Of a stretch of 64,000 nt of DNA, positions 28,951 to 41,942 are shown piece after piece; position 1 is the first letter of the stretch; every line of letters begins with the position of its first letter. Made by a program: the position numbers and the translations under genes. The notes beneath the pieces are model-generated. The model was not told the DNA's origin. It saw only the letters and a list, made by a program, of their open reading frames with translations, and did no database searches. The DNA is from Octopus vulgaris. Lineage: Eukaryota. The stretch is taken from NCBI GenBank assembly GCA_951406725.2, contig OX597826.1, positions 78,430,001 through 78,494,000 of the forward strand, written 5' to 3'.

Positions 28951-29687
28951 CTTCCACATCGATCATATGTCTATTAATTCTTATTTACTGTCAAACAGTA
29001 AAAAGGAGGGAAAAAATACAATAGAAACCAGATGACAGCCATAATTGATCATATTAATTGAACAGACACCCCTCCTCCACCCCACCCCTTCAGTCTTTCC
29101 TCCTCCCCCTTCTCTTATACATGCACCCACCCTCCCTCTCTCTCTCTCTCACTCTCTCTCAGTCCCCACTCTCTTTTCCTCGTCCTTGGTGTCCTTTGGT
29201 GGTATTGTTGTTTGTTTTGTTGTTGTTGCTGTTGTTTAGCCCCAGGTCAGCCCTGATTGAAGAGGCCTGTCATCGTGTGTTTCCCAGTCCTGACCAGAAT
29301 ATCATTTCAAGGGTATCCAATATCTCCACCCCACCCTCTCCTTCTCGAAGACAGCAGAAATTCATCTGAGATTTAGAACAGATCAAGCGACTCCACACAG
29401 ATTCCGTTGTCGGTTCTTCGCGTTGCTCTTAGACTTTAGATTCTTATTGTTGGTCTCAACGAAACTTTGGGTTACTTCAGTATCACTATATTTTAAGCTC
29501 CGTCCCTGGGGTACTTCCTTGTCGTTATGTAGAGGTTTATATGCTGCTATGATAGAGTAGGGCCATGCTGGACAGATGCAAGCATACCAGAAGGGTTTAT
29601 TAGTAGTAGCCAGACCAAAGGTATTCTACTCTCAAGACCTCAACGATGGAACAGGTGGACGAAGGTATCACACTCAATAGTTGTGAA

Positions 29688-29992
29688 GTTTGCTTATTCC
29701 TTCTCCAGCCATGCCTGGTTCATAAGGGCCGGTTTCCCTGTTTCCTCGGTGTATAGGTTCCCCACCTGGACAGGACGCCGGTCCGTCGCAGGTGAGCTGC
29801 AAGATGCAAGAGGAAAGAGTGAGAGAAGTCGTGGTGAAAGAGTCAGCAGAAGTTCGCCATTACCTTCTGCCGGAGCCGCGTGGAGCGTAGGTATTTCGCT
29901 CATAAACACACAAATCGCCCGGTCTGAGATTCGAACTCGCGGTCCCTCGACCGCGAGTCCGTTGCTCTAACCACTAGGCCATGTGCCTCCAC
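29688..29992 (-). mobile_element. Full-length family C SINE with 12-13 bp target site duplication
   Basis: Starts gtggaggcacatggcctagtggttagagc on the minus strand. Flanked by aatagttgtgaa at 29676-29687 and 29993-30004. Confidence 0.9.
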
Positions 29993-30181
29993 AATAGTTG
30001 TGAACGCGGATGAAGATTGCGGAAGATTTCACAATTCCAGGGAGGGGGTTCAGTGTAATTTTGTTAAGGTTGGTTGTCCTCAGGATCAAAGATATTCAAG
30101 CCTTGTCCATCCCATCGCATTTTAGTTTATACAACATCGAAGACTAAATAACACAGCGTCTGTTTGCTTTTAGAAACAGGG

Positions 30182-30251
30182 TGTCGTTCTGTAGAAGAGA
30201 ACTGTAGAAGAGTCGTTTCGTTCTGTGGAAGAGAACTGTAGAAGAGTCGTT
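30182..30251. repeat. ~33-bp tandem duplication
   Basis: tcgttctgt(a/g)gaagagaactgtagaagagtcgtt x2. Confidence 0.85.
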
Positions 30252-31978
30252 AGAGTCTTCAAAACTACCGTGTAGCATGTGATCCGTCCGGAGTTCAAAT
30301 ACTTTCGGAGTCAACTTTGCCTTTTATCTTTCTAGAATCAATAAAATACAACCCCAGACCAAGTCACAGACTGGTAACATTTATGCAGCTAATGTTTTTC
30401 TATCTGAACATCTACAGGACTGATGTCTGCAGGAATAATTGGCGAGAATTTCCAGTGGGTTGCATGTTGCAATACGCTTATGTGGTCCGGCTATTAATAC
30501 AGGTTTCGTATAATAGGAAAGAGCGATGTGTATATTAAGTAGAATTGAGCGGCGTCTGTGTGAGTCAGTTGATGAAAAATGTTCTCATAAGACACATTGC
30601 TTTTCTCTTCGATGTAGATATGTGTGTATATAAGAGACCAATCCTCCGAGATGAGTTGTGGCCAGGATAAGCACGGGCAACCTTCTACGAGAAGGTCGCA
30701 TGAGAGCTGGATCATCATCAGCTGGACAGCACTACCAAAAAAGTTCAACATAATGCTTTGCTTAGGCGCGCCATTTAGAAGGTCCTCGGGCCGCAGTTTT
30801 CCTATGACTGGACTAGAGCTTTGCAGTGGATAATACCTCAGCCTGTGGAGTAGAACAGACAGACCAAAGGTGAGTAAATTGCAATTTTTAGATTAGAAAT
30901 AAAGCCATTGGGTTGCAATTTTGGCAATATTTAAAGGTATCTGGTCTACAGAATTGTTTGAGCGCCGAACGAAGATCAAACACCTCGCCTAAAATTTTGC
31001 TGGCCTTGTGCCTTTATTAGAAAACAATAATGAAATCACCACAGATTTTTAGGTCCGGTAAGTTTCGGGGTTTTGCATCTCGGAGTGAAGGGTCAGCACA
31101 ATGCTGTTTGCGGTTAATGATTGGGTTTTTGTGTTTGAAACAGACTTGGCTTTATGTTTCATCCGGAGTCTGCTTTGAAGTGTTTCTTCATGAAGTCAGC
31201 GCAAATCTAGCGTAAAGTGATGGTTAGAGTTAGTTTTGATTAAGTCTGTTTACGGAAGGCCGGAAGTAATTGAAAAGGTCCGTGATTAATTCGCTCATTT
31301 ACGTAATGTAGACATAAGAGTTTCGAGTATTTAAATGCTTTGCGGTATTTATCCCAGCTCCTTATATTCTTAGTCAAACTCACGCCAAGCACAACTTCCT
31401 ACGCAAGATAAAATAAAGACCTTGCTAAATACTGAGGACCATATAATCGACGGGTGCATCCCAAATTTCTGGCCCTGTGACAAGTTTACAAATTATTATA
31501 CTCTCCAAAATTATGTGACCTTACAACACACCACCATATTACACAACGACATCTACACTACATCACTCCATAAATATATTACGACGCGAGTACAACTACA
31601 TAACAAGGAGCCTTCTAAGCAGTGACTCTTAATCTCCTATGATCATGTGTGTATGCCATATATATGTATGTATGTATGTATGTATGTCATAATCATGGGT
31701 ATTATAATAAATGCATTATCAGGATCAAAGACACCATTCAAATTGTACAATCATGCAGGGCTGACTTACCACATCGACAAACAGGTCCCTGTCTCGCACA
31801 CTCATATCACCTCTCCAGCATGGTTTCATATTGCTACAAATGTTGTTTCGCTTACTATATTTGTGTGATAGATTATTCTATTGCAAATTATTTATATATT
31901 GTATTATAATTATTTCTGTACTATTAATGAAATGGGTAACTATTTGTACTGAGCACCGTATATACAGTAATTGCTTAC

Positions 31979-32032
31979 CTTTCATCAGTTGACTTCACTT
32001 TTACTCCTTTTATCGGCAGTAAGCAGCGATTT
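31979..32032 (-). CDS. Candidate 54-nt internal exon (phase 2-2, NRCLLPIKGVKVKSTDE)
   Basis: Acceptor tttttttttctcag| and donor aag|gtaagc are both near-consensus; only one frame is open. Confidence 0.4.
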
Positions 32033-32194
32033 CTGAGAAAAAAAAATTATTTGATGTACTGTAATTTATTGAAAACATTTAATGTAATATCCATTACAAT
32101 TAAAAACATTGAACAATAAATGAAGTCTTTTCAAAAACGCAACAAACTGAATTCTTAGGTCGCGATAATTATTGCACTCATCATTCCCGATAAT

Positions 32195-32400
32195 CTCTTT
32201 TCTACTCTCGGCACAAGGCCCGACATTTGGGGGGAGGTGGCCAGCCGATTTCATCGACCTCAGTACGCAACCGGTACTTAATTCGAGCCCAGAAGGATGA
32301 ATGGTAAAGTCGACCTCGACGGAATTTGAACTCAGAAGACAGATGAAATACCGCTAAGTATTTCGCCCCGTGTGCTAACGTTCCTGCCAGCTCACCAGCT
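32195..32400 (-). mobile_element. Family B SINE
   Basis: aaagtcgacctcgacggaatttgaactcag...gaaataccgctaagtatttcgcc...gctaacgttcctgccagctc. Confidence 0.8.
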
Positions 32401-32511
32401 TTTGCCGATAATCTCTTAACATCATTATAGGAAGGGTCAGCTCCTCACACATATGAAATCATATACATATGCATGTATGTGTGTATGTGTGCATGTATAT
32501 ATATATATTGT

Positions 32512-32887
32512 TTTATTCCTTTATTTGTCTCAATTATCTGACTGTGGCCATGATGGACCCCAGGACGTATTCCTTGTAAGCCTAATACTTTTCCTAACGG
32601 ATCGCTTTTGCCGAACCGCTAAGTTACGACGACGTAAACGCAGCAACATCGTTTGTCAAGCGATGGCGCGGAGGGGGGACAAACACAGACACACAAATAC
32701 ACACACACAAATACACACATATATATATATATATGATGGGCTTTTTTCAGTTTCCGACTACCACATCCACTCACAAGCCTTTAGTCAGCCCATAGCTATA
32801 GCAGAAAACACTTGCCCAAGGTGCCACGCAGTGGGACTGAACCCAGAAGTATGTGGTTGGGAAGCAAGCTTCTTACCACAGAGCCAC
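32512..32887 (-). mobile_element. Family A SINE, diverged
   Basis: gactgtggccatg...ttttgccgaaccgctaagttacg...cacttgcccaaggtgccacgcagtgggactgaaccc...cttcttaccacagagcc. Confidence 0.85.
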
Positions 32888-32922
32888 ACACACACAGACA
32901 CACACACACACACACACGCACG

Positions 32923-32962
<40 letters not shown>

Positions 32963-33887
32963 AACGCAGACACCACAAAAGGATTAAGAGAATAGCCACT
33001 GTCCTAAAAGTAACACGATAAAGGCATGAGCCTGCTCAGTCTTCTGGTCAAGCTCCGTTCGTCTACCAAGAGTGGCCTGGATAGGTTGCAGTGTGGACTG
33101 CAGGGCAGCAGACCAACTATGACGGGATCCCTGAACAATATCAGTCAAATGGATCCGGGGTCGTGGAAGATTAATGAATGCAACGAGGGGGTAGATGAGG
33201 GTCTGATTCATAAGTAGGAGATGTTTAGAAGGGATAAAGAGAAGTGGGGATGATAGGTGAGGTGTGTTAAAAAACTCATCTAACTTCAACTGACCTTGGT
33301 TGTTAACTGGTTTACATAAATGATAAAGGAAGTTTTGAATTCCTTCATGATATATTTTATAAAGACGTGTTATAAACGTCTTTATCGAACATAAAAGATT
33401 TAAACCCATAGCGTATAAATACGCGTTATAAGCGTATAATATATATACACAATGGCTGTGTAATTTATAACGATATACGTTATAAACAAAACGTAGTCAG
33501 TTCTGTCCATTGTGATGTTTGCTTGAAACACTCTTTCGAAAATTCAGGGAAAAAACAAATGAGATTAATCTAATCCTGCAAAGGGCTTTAGTTGATCAAA
33601 GTGAGTGATTTCCATCTGAGAATCGAAACTAGATCATCGGGACGGCTTTCCAATCACAACACACCACGTAAAAGTGAAAATTTTTAGAGTTTTTTATATG
33701 ATGGGATTTTTTTTCAGTTTCCGACTACCACATCCATTCTCACAAGCCTTTAGTCAGCCCATAGCTATAGCAGATTTAAAATGGCGGATTTGACATGTTA
33801 AACGTGGTCATCGCATGATAAATGATGATGCGGTTCTGTGGAGAGCCAAAAGGTGATTACAGCCACGGCGTACAGCGTAAACAACAG

Positions 33888-33919
<32 letters not shown>

Positions 33920-33923
33920 ACAC

Positions 33924-33979
<56 letters not shown>

Positions 33980-34051
33980 CAATCACAAAGTATAAATAAT
34001 GGTCATTACATACTTTTATATATTCTATATGTATGTATGTATGTATGTATG

Positions 34052-34096
<45 letters not shown>

Positions 34097-34638
34097 GCAC
34101 ATATGCACTCACACATATAGATACATACATGCATACATACACACGCACACATACATACATACATACATACATACATACATACATACATACATACATACAT
34201 ACATACATACATACATACATACATACATACATACACACATACAGACGTCTTGCAAATAAGCAGCAAATTACATACACGGTGTTTTATATCGCGTAGAACA
34301 GTTCGGTTAAATAAACGTCCAAAGTCGGTCGGGAAAATTATTGCTATTACAGCCGTCCAGCGTTAACTGATTCAACCTATCGTGTGAATATCTCAAAGAT
34401 TTAATAATTGACAAAGCAGCGATGGGTAAATAGCAGTGAAAAATAATTCCCACGTTAACTCTATCGTTGAGGGCAGTAGCTTAGAAAACGAAAACCTGTA
34501 TGGTTATATATTCGACTATGTACGTATGTATTATTACAGGTCAAAATCTTCTAATACTAAATACGACAATAAATCTCTAGTGAATATTAAGCTTATAATT
34601 ATCTTATATTTGTACAAACACACCGTTTTGATGACTAT

Positions 34639-34862
34639 ATGTCTTAAATAACTCTACACTGCCCGGGGTGCAGTAAACCTGTCATAAATATTCTTTATAC
34701 AAACACTGCGATACTTTATGGTTTGTTAGGAAGGAGACTGAGCTAATGATATTTTGCGAAGACACTCATTATTGGTGGGTGATGGATTGGAGAGGAAACC
34801 GCAACGCTTAGGTTTATGACAGGTTTACTGCACCCCCGGCAGTGTAGAGTTATTTAAGACAT
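34639..34862. repeat. 50-bp inverted repeat (1 mismatch), 124-nt spacer
   Basis: 34639-34688 atgtcttaaataactctacactgcccggggtgcagtaaacctgtcataaa pairs with its reverse complement at 34813-34862. Confidence 0.95.
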
Positions 34863-35181
34863 GGAGACCCCCTTCGGTCACGACACAGACCATGGGATTG
34901 CACCTAGAAAGTTACCCTCCCAGACACAAGTCCGGGCGAGGTTGTTTATGGAAGACCAGCAGTCGCCCATGCATACCAGCCTCCCCTCTCCACGCCACCA
35001 GTGTTATCCAAGGGAAAGACAAAGGTCGATACAGCTTGGCACCAGTGACGTCGCAACTCATTTCTACAGCTGAGTGAACAGGAGCAACGTGAAATAAAGT
35101 GCCTTGCTCTAGAACACAACACGCAGCCCGGTCCGGGATTCGAGCTCACAACCTCCCGATCGTAATCTCGACGCTCTAACC
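34863..35181 (-). mobile_element. tRNA-derived SINE, family D (CORE-like), slightly 5'-truncated
   Basis: Reverse complement: ggttagagcgtcgag...gagctcgaatcccggaccggg...gtgttctagagcaaggcactttatttcacgttgctcc...cactcagctgtagaaatgag. Confidence 0.8.
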
Positions 35182-36176
35182 ATAATGGTCATTACATACT
35201 TTTATATATTCTATATGTATGTATGTACGGTGTATGTATGTACAAATATAAGATAATATATATATATAATATTCATAATGTTGCTACACTAGAAACGGCA
35301 TTCTAAGAACTAATGCCTTCAGTAGATTGAACTCCGCTGCACCCAAGGCTACTAAATGCATCAAGCGATTTGGAGTAAAAACCAGGTGACTGGTTAAAGT
35401 TCTTTAATCTGCCTTCTCGTCTGATCAAAGGTACAACCCCACCGACTTCTTTCTAAATATCTTCCGTCTCGTCAGTTTTGCTCACAAGAAATAGGTCGAT
35501 GTGAGTCTACGATAAAAGAATACACTTGCCCTAGGGACCGTGCAATGGAATCAAACCCAGAACCATGTAATTTATAACGAGGCTAACTTTTTAAACCGCA
35601 CAGCCATGAACGTTGTAGGTTCTGTGTAGATACAAATGTCAGACGTATTATATTTATCGTAAATGTTATTTGTTACAAAACCTACGGTGCATCATCCAGT
35701 GCCACAAAGAACACAAAATATGCTCTAACATTATATTAATGCTTCATATTCTGCTAGCGTTTGATTCTGGGACAGCCGAGGTCTTCAAGATCTTCTCTAA
35801 AGCAACATTTCATTCTTCTTGAATGTCATGGAGTCTGAACTAAATAACGAGACTCTGCGTAGTTATTATACTTAAGAAAATAGTAGCTACGTCGCCCTCA
35901 ATCTACACCTAATTTTTAAAAGTATGTGATTGTGCATTCGATAATGTAGTCCAAAATATACATCGACTGAACTTTGACGAGATGGTCATGGCTAGAATTC
36001 CTTTTATCATTTGGTTCCTGGGCTAAGATGCATTTCGAACTCTACTGATATATTCTGTCATAGGAGAACTACATATATGCGTGTGTATGTGTGTGTATTT
36101 TGTATGTATATATACCTATGTGTGTGTGTATATGTGTCTGTCTGTCTGTCTGTGTATGCGTCTGTGTGTGTATACA

Positions 36177-36810
36177 TACGAGGGGTGTTCATTAAAAGTT
36201 TCCCCTGACCCATTTCCAGTTATTGCAGGAAACAGAATTTGTACAGATATAATCATATATGTCTCTACATGTCACATTGTAAACTGCAGCTTTCCACCAG
36301 TATTCGTTTGTCTTTTACAGCTGCTGAAGTGGACTGAGGTGTTATAATGGAGGCAGTTGAATGCAGATCAGTGGTCAGGTTCTTATACATGGAAGGTCGT
36401 ACACCAAAAGAGACTTTCAATGAGATGAAAGAAGTTTATGGTGACGATGCACCATCATACGACGTGATCAAGCACTGGCATCACTAGTCAGGTGTGGTCC
36501 GACATCGGTGGGAACTGCTCCTATTCCTGGACGACCAAATTCCACCATTGATGACGACAGCGTTTTGAAGGATCGCCACATAACTATTCGGCAAGTAGCC
36601 GCAGAAATGAAGATAAGTGTGGGGTCCGCAGAAAAAGTCATTCACGATTATTTGTTTATGCGGAAATTGTCTGCACAATGGATTCCCTGGATGCTCACAC
36701 CTTTTCAGAAACAGGAACGAGTCAATTGCTATCAGACTCTTTTGGCAATGTGCTAAGAAAACGAGGAAGATTATTCCGGCAGAATTATCACACAGAATTA
36801 AAACATGGGT
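36177..36810 (+). mobile_element. Mariner transposon 5' half (TIR plus pseudogenised transposase N-terminus)
   Basis: Starts TA|CGAGGGGTGTTC. ATG at 36347 gives MEAVECRSVVRFLYMEGRTPKETFNEMKEVYGDDAPSYDVIKHW, then GRP...DRHITIRQVAAEMKISVGS...MRKLSAQWIPWMLT (HTH plus WVPxxL-like motif). Stops and a frameshift present. Confidence 0.9.
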
Positions 36811-36948
36811 CCTTTACAGCTGAGTGGACTGGAGCAACATGAAATGGAGTGTTTCGCTCAAGAACACAGTGTATCACTTGGTCTGGGAATCGAACCCATT
36901 GTCTAGCGATCGTGAGTGCAACATTCTAACCTCTAGGCCACGCACCTT
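36811..36948 (-). mobile_element. Family D-like SINE 5' fragment truncating the mariner
   Basis: tttacagctgagtggactggagcaacatgaaat...gctcaagaacac...gggaatcgaacc...ctaacctctaggccacgcacc. Confidence 0.75.
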
Positions 36949-37894
36949 CACATATAAGTATATATATATATATATATAGTTATATATATATATATATATA
37001 TATACATATACTTACATGAGCGTATATACGTATGTGTTTGTGCATTTCTACAATATACATACGCGCGGGGGGGGCACAGCAGCAGGAGGAGGAGGACAAA
37101 TTTTGTTAGTTCTCGAATATTCATCGAAATTGTAAATGAACATTTGATCAAACGCTAATATTGCGTTGTCCATCCTTTAACAAGCTACCGCCAATCAGGA
37201 TTATCCAATAATTATGCCGCTGTCAGCTTCCAAGAAGGCCTCTTCTTACTCATCATCAAAGTTCATTTTAATTGCAACGCTGTAGTGCTGTGTGGAGATT
37301 TGCACCAAGTAGCAGACAGGACATATTATCTTTAAATGAGCATGGGGGAGCCATCGACATACAATGGCCGCCGTTTTTCCATCTACTTAATCTGAGAAGT
37401 ACTTACCTAATTTTGATTAACTCTCTTCATAATATACATTAATCTGCATGTATGGATTAAAGAACATTTCTTTTTTATTTGAAATAATTGATTTCATAAT
37501 GATCATTTCCCACAAACAGCACCCAGAGAACATGGACAAGAGAAAGAACACGATAGTAGTAGGGTGTGCGTCCTGGCCTTGTTATGGCTTTGCGGGTGTT
37601 ACTAGAAGACGCTTTCCGTTAAATAGCTCTAAACACCGAGAACTGAAGAAGTGCAGCAAGGCAGGAACTCACTGCTCTAATCAGTGAACAGTACTGTAAG
37701 GTTAACAAAATGTGGTGAGCTTTAAGAGAATAAAGCACGCAGTTCTCTCATCTTTCCTGATTCAGACTACAAAGATAAGTTATTCATTGGTATTCCACAT
37801 ACAATTGTGTTACATGTCAGTCCAATGATAACGGCAGTAACTAAGAACTCTTCCAATCAGAAAGGCATCCATCGATATCCGAAGACAGAATATT

Positions 37895-38301
37895 CTTTTC
37901 TGGTCAAGACACAAGGCCCAATTTTTTTTTTTTTTTGCGGGGGGTGGTCGAGGTCAGTCGATTAGATCGACCCCAGTACACAACTGGTAGTTAATTTATT
38001 GACCCCGAAAAGATGAAAGGCAAAGTCGACTTTGGTGGAATTAGAACTCAGAACGTAACGGCAGACGAAATACCTATTTCTTTACTATCCTCAAGAGGCT
38101 AAACACAGAAGGGACAAACAAAGACAGACAAAGGGATTAAGTCGATTATATCGACCCCAGTACGTAAATGGTACTTATTTAATCGACCCCGAAAGGATGA
38201 AAGGCAAAGTCGACCTCGGGGGATTTGAACTCAGAACGTAGCGGTAGACGAAATACCGCTAAGCATTTCGCCCGGCTTGCTAACGATTCTACCAGGTCGC
38301 C
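37895..38301 (-). mobile_element. Family B SINE dimer (head plus two tandem bodies with different tails)
   Basis: Two copies of gaccccgaaa.gatgaaaggcaaagtcgac...actcagaacgta.cgg.agacgaaatacc. Confidence 0.85.
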
Positions 38302-38585
38302 GGGGAGTTCTTTGAATCAATTCAAAATAGGTTTTTCTACCTATTATATACATTATATTATTCTTGTAATTTACTTAATCTTTACTTTTTAATTGTTATT
38401 TTAATCTTAACTTTTCTATTATATGTAATTTTCTAGATGGTGTAATTCAATTATTCATTTTGAATTGATAAAAGGTGGTTTTTTTCTAATATTTTATATA
38501 TATTATATTGTGTGGAATTTGATTTAGTATTTCTAAATTGAATTATTTTTCCTTGTAAGTTTGGATTTTATTCCCTCAAATAATA

Positions 38586-38649
<64 letters not shown>

Positions 38650-38964
38650 TATTATTTACATATATATACGTACATGATTTATACATATATATATGTGTGA
38701 ATGTATGCATATACATGTTGTACATACATATATGTGTGTATATATGTATGCACATATCTGTGTGTACATATGTATATATATGTGTGTGAGTGTGTTCTCA
38801 TAACGACTAAATTAACAGACTGTATTTCATACTAACGTTGAATCTTTGCCGGAAGCCAGAAAGCGTGGTAAGTTTAGTTCATACATACTGGGAGTACTTT
38901 TATGAAAGGCAGAACAACGGAAGCGAACTAGCGCGGAATTTTTTGTTCTTTTATCTGAACTCAA

Positions 38965-39120
38965 GAATATCATTTTAACCTATCACCATAGGTGCATGCT
39001 AATATGTAACCACAAACAAGAATACAAAACTGAAAATGCTAGAGAAAGAAAACAAGTCCACTTCCATTTTGTGAATCCATTCAATTAGTAATGTAGTGAA
39101 GATTTGTAAGGCATTCCCCA
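38965..39120 (+). pseudogene. Highly degenerate Dong/R4 LINE C-terminal remnant
   Basis: PITIGA..YVT...and SISNVVKICKAF resemble 43121-43350 (PVIIGALGYV...SINGTAKICKT). Confidence 0.35.
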
Positions 39121-39994
39121 AATTTTCCAATCGATTTTCCTGGAATTAGCATTGCGATACGAAGCGAGAGGAAACCTACAGACTTGGTGTTATTTGTGAA
39201 CTACTAAGGTAAATCAGATCTCCCAGATTTTGGACATTAAATGTTCAACTGTAATGTATTGCAGCTACTATTTGTCAGTATGTGAGAGCAAGACATATAG
39301 ATCGGAATTAGAATATATAACCAAATGGATTCCCTCTCTAGAAATAAACGATGGAAATCCATCGGACAGTTGGTCACTATGATTGTATGAAAAGTTAATC
39401 GTTAATTCACAAACCACCAGCTGCGATTTAATGATAGACAATCCAAAATCTACGGTAACTGTCGATGAGAGATACTTACAGATAAAATAATTGGCCTTAA
39501 ACACGAACTACCAGCAGTAAATCAAAAACTTTGATATCATAGGAAATTACACGGCTGTTGGATTATCAACCGTAACGTTACATTAAAGCTATAAAGTCTG
39601 AATGCTAGTATGAAAGATCATACTGGCAATAATTCAAACGTTTCTTATCTGAATTATCTGGTGTCTTTCTTTGTCAAGGTTGAGTGAGACCTGGAATGTA
39701 AATATGTAGCACAATAGTGATTCACTAATGTCAAATGTGATACAGAGTAAGCCAGGGGTAAACGTGTCCCCTAAAATAAGAAACATCAACAGTGAAAGTC
39801 TTCTGACGAGCTTTGCAGAACTAGCGAACGGAATTCTGACAGTCTTGTAATGGTATAGAGAGTTACAGAAAATCTGTTAACCTGCGCTAAAAGAATGGAC
39901 GCTCAGCTTGGTGTGGCAGATTGGTGAACTGTGCTTGGACAGCACTCGTGTCTAAGAAACAAGAGACACGTGGAGAGAAGCTAAAGCGGAAACA

Positions 39995-40186
39995 TTTATT
40001 TCTTTATTGCCCACAGGGGACTAAACATAGAGGGGACAAACAAGAACAGACAAAGGGATTAAGTCGATTATATCGACCCCAGTGCGTAACTGGTACTTAT
40101 AAAAGGCTAAGTCGATCTCGGCGGAATTTGAACTCAGAACGTAGCGGCAGACGAAATACTGCTAAGCATTTCACCCGTCGTGCTAA
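39995..40186 (-). mobile_element. Family B SINE with internal deletion
   Basis: tttattgcccacaggggactaaacatagaggggacaaac...cggcggaatttgaactcagaacgtagcggcagacgaaatac. Confidence 0.8.
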
Positions 40187-40984
40187 CACACTATAAATAG
40201 CAGCCAAGGTACCCCCTACCTAAATCACACGCCCATTGTACGTAATGTCCTAGATTATCCCTAAAAAGACGGTTTGCGGAAGGCTGGAATGTCTTTGATG
40301 ATACGTTTTCAGTATCAGGGTTGATTTGAAGCTAAATAACAACATTATGGTAAATTTTTATATTAACACCCGCACGATTTTAACTAAGAAAAAAAAACAA
40401 AAAAAAAACTTCATTTTTTGCGTGGAATCAAGTACTCTGACCTCCTAATATGCTGCAAATCCCTTATTTTGGTTTGGAAAAAATCAGATGGGGGTTTCAC
40501 ACACACACGCACACAATTCTGGAATCATTGGAATATTTTCATTTCGTTGGATGAATTCTTGTGACCGCCTAATATTGCAAAATTGGGTTACTTCACGTGA
40601 GACTGGTAACTGATGGTTTTGATGTCTTGTTGTTTGTAACTTTTGGTGAGCCATGGTGCAACCAACAACATGGTAAAATTCCCTGCCATTAATTTGGTGT
40701 GGGTGGGTAATATCAAATAATTCAATCACAACATATATTTAAATTAAACATGAAAAAAATTGAAATATCATTACTTACATGGAGAAAGTGAAATATTATC
40801 TTTCAGTATTTTATAAGGTAAAATCTTAAATTATTAATTGACACATTATTAATTATCCTATAACTGCAATGCCTAGAAAAATCATGGATTGCATGGAAAA
40901 ATACGAGCATGAAAAGTAATATTCTTAAGATTATAAACCTGGAATTTAGTCGTTATGAGAACACACTCGCACACATACACACAC

Positions 40985-41215
40985 AGAGAGGAGAAATGGA
41001 AAGACAGGAAAAGACGTCAACAAGAAACTATGGCATTACAACCAGCCAGGAACAGTCTTCGCTACATTTGCGGTACCTGCCAGAGGGAGTGTTTGTCCAG
41101 GATAGGACTATACAGCCACAGCAGGAAATGTATCAGGACATGAAATGTAAAAGCCGGACTAGACTACTTTATGCGCAACTCCATTGTCTCCCGAGACAAA
41201 AAGGATGCCAACAAT
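40985..41215 (+). mobile_element. 5'-truncated RTE-clade LINE 3' end (copy 1)
   Basis: REEKWKDRKRRQQ...YICGTCQRECLSRIGLYSHSRKC is the typical RTE C-terminal CxxC..SRIGLxSH motif. The 3' tail is ccattgtctcccgagacaaaaaggatgccaacaa. Confidence 0.8.
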
Positions 41216-41942
41216 ACACATATATATGCATACATATATACACACATATATATATGTACAATATGTATATACATACATTCACACACATACATATATATAA
41301 ATCATGTATGTATATATATATATAACTAACGTAGGATAAAATTATTGTCTTTTTTTCGGCATATTTGGCATTAAAATTTTTCTTTTGCCCTTATATTGTA
41401 AATTATTTATAAATTTAACCTTTAGAGGTATTTTTTGATATACTGGCCATTGATGAAATTTTTTTCCCGAAAAAAATTTTATCCTACATTAGTTATAAAT
41501 TTGAATAGTGTTCACTTCCGGATTCTATCACAAAGTTTCTAGTTCGAATCACACGTGTCTCGAGACGTGCCGAAGATTTTCTATTTTGGATATATTTGGG
41601 GTACTTCTTGGTCTGCTTTTGGTGAGCCATGGTGCAACCAACAACATGGTAAAATTCCCTGCTTAATTTGGTGGGATGGGTAATATCAAATAATAATTCA
41701 ATCACAACATATATCTAAATTAAACATGAAAAAAATTGAAATATCATTACTTACATGGAGAAAGTGAAATATTATCTTTCAGTGATAAGGTAAAATCTTA
41801 AATTATTAATTGACACATTATTAATTATCCTATAACTGCAATGCCTTTGGATTGCATGGATACGGCATGAAAAGTAATATTCTTAAGATTATAAACCTGG
41901 AATTTAGTCGTTATGAGAACACACTCGCACACATACACACAC

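Noticed and set aside
41448-41482. ttgatga followed by a hairpin, hammerhead-like (also cctgaaga at ~10686)
   Set aside because: No GAAA/UH after stem II; incomplete.
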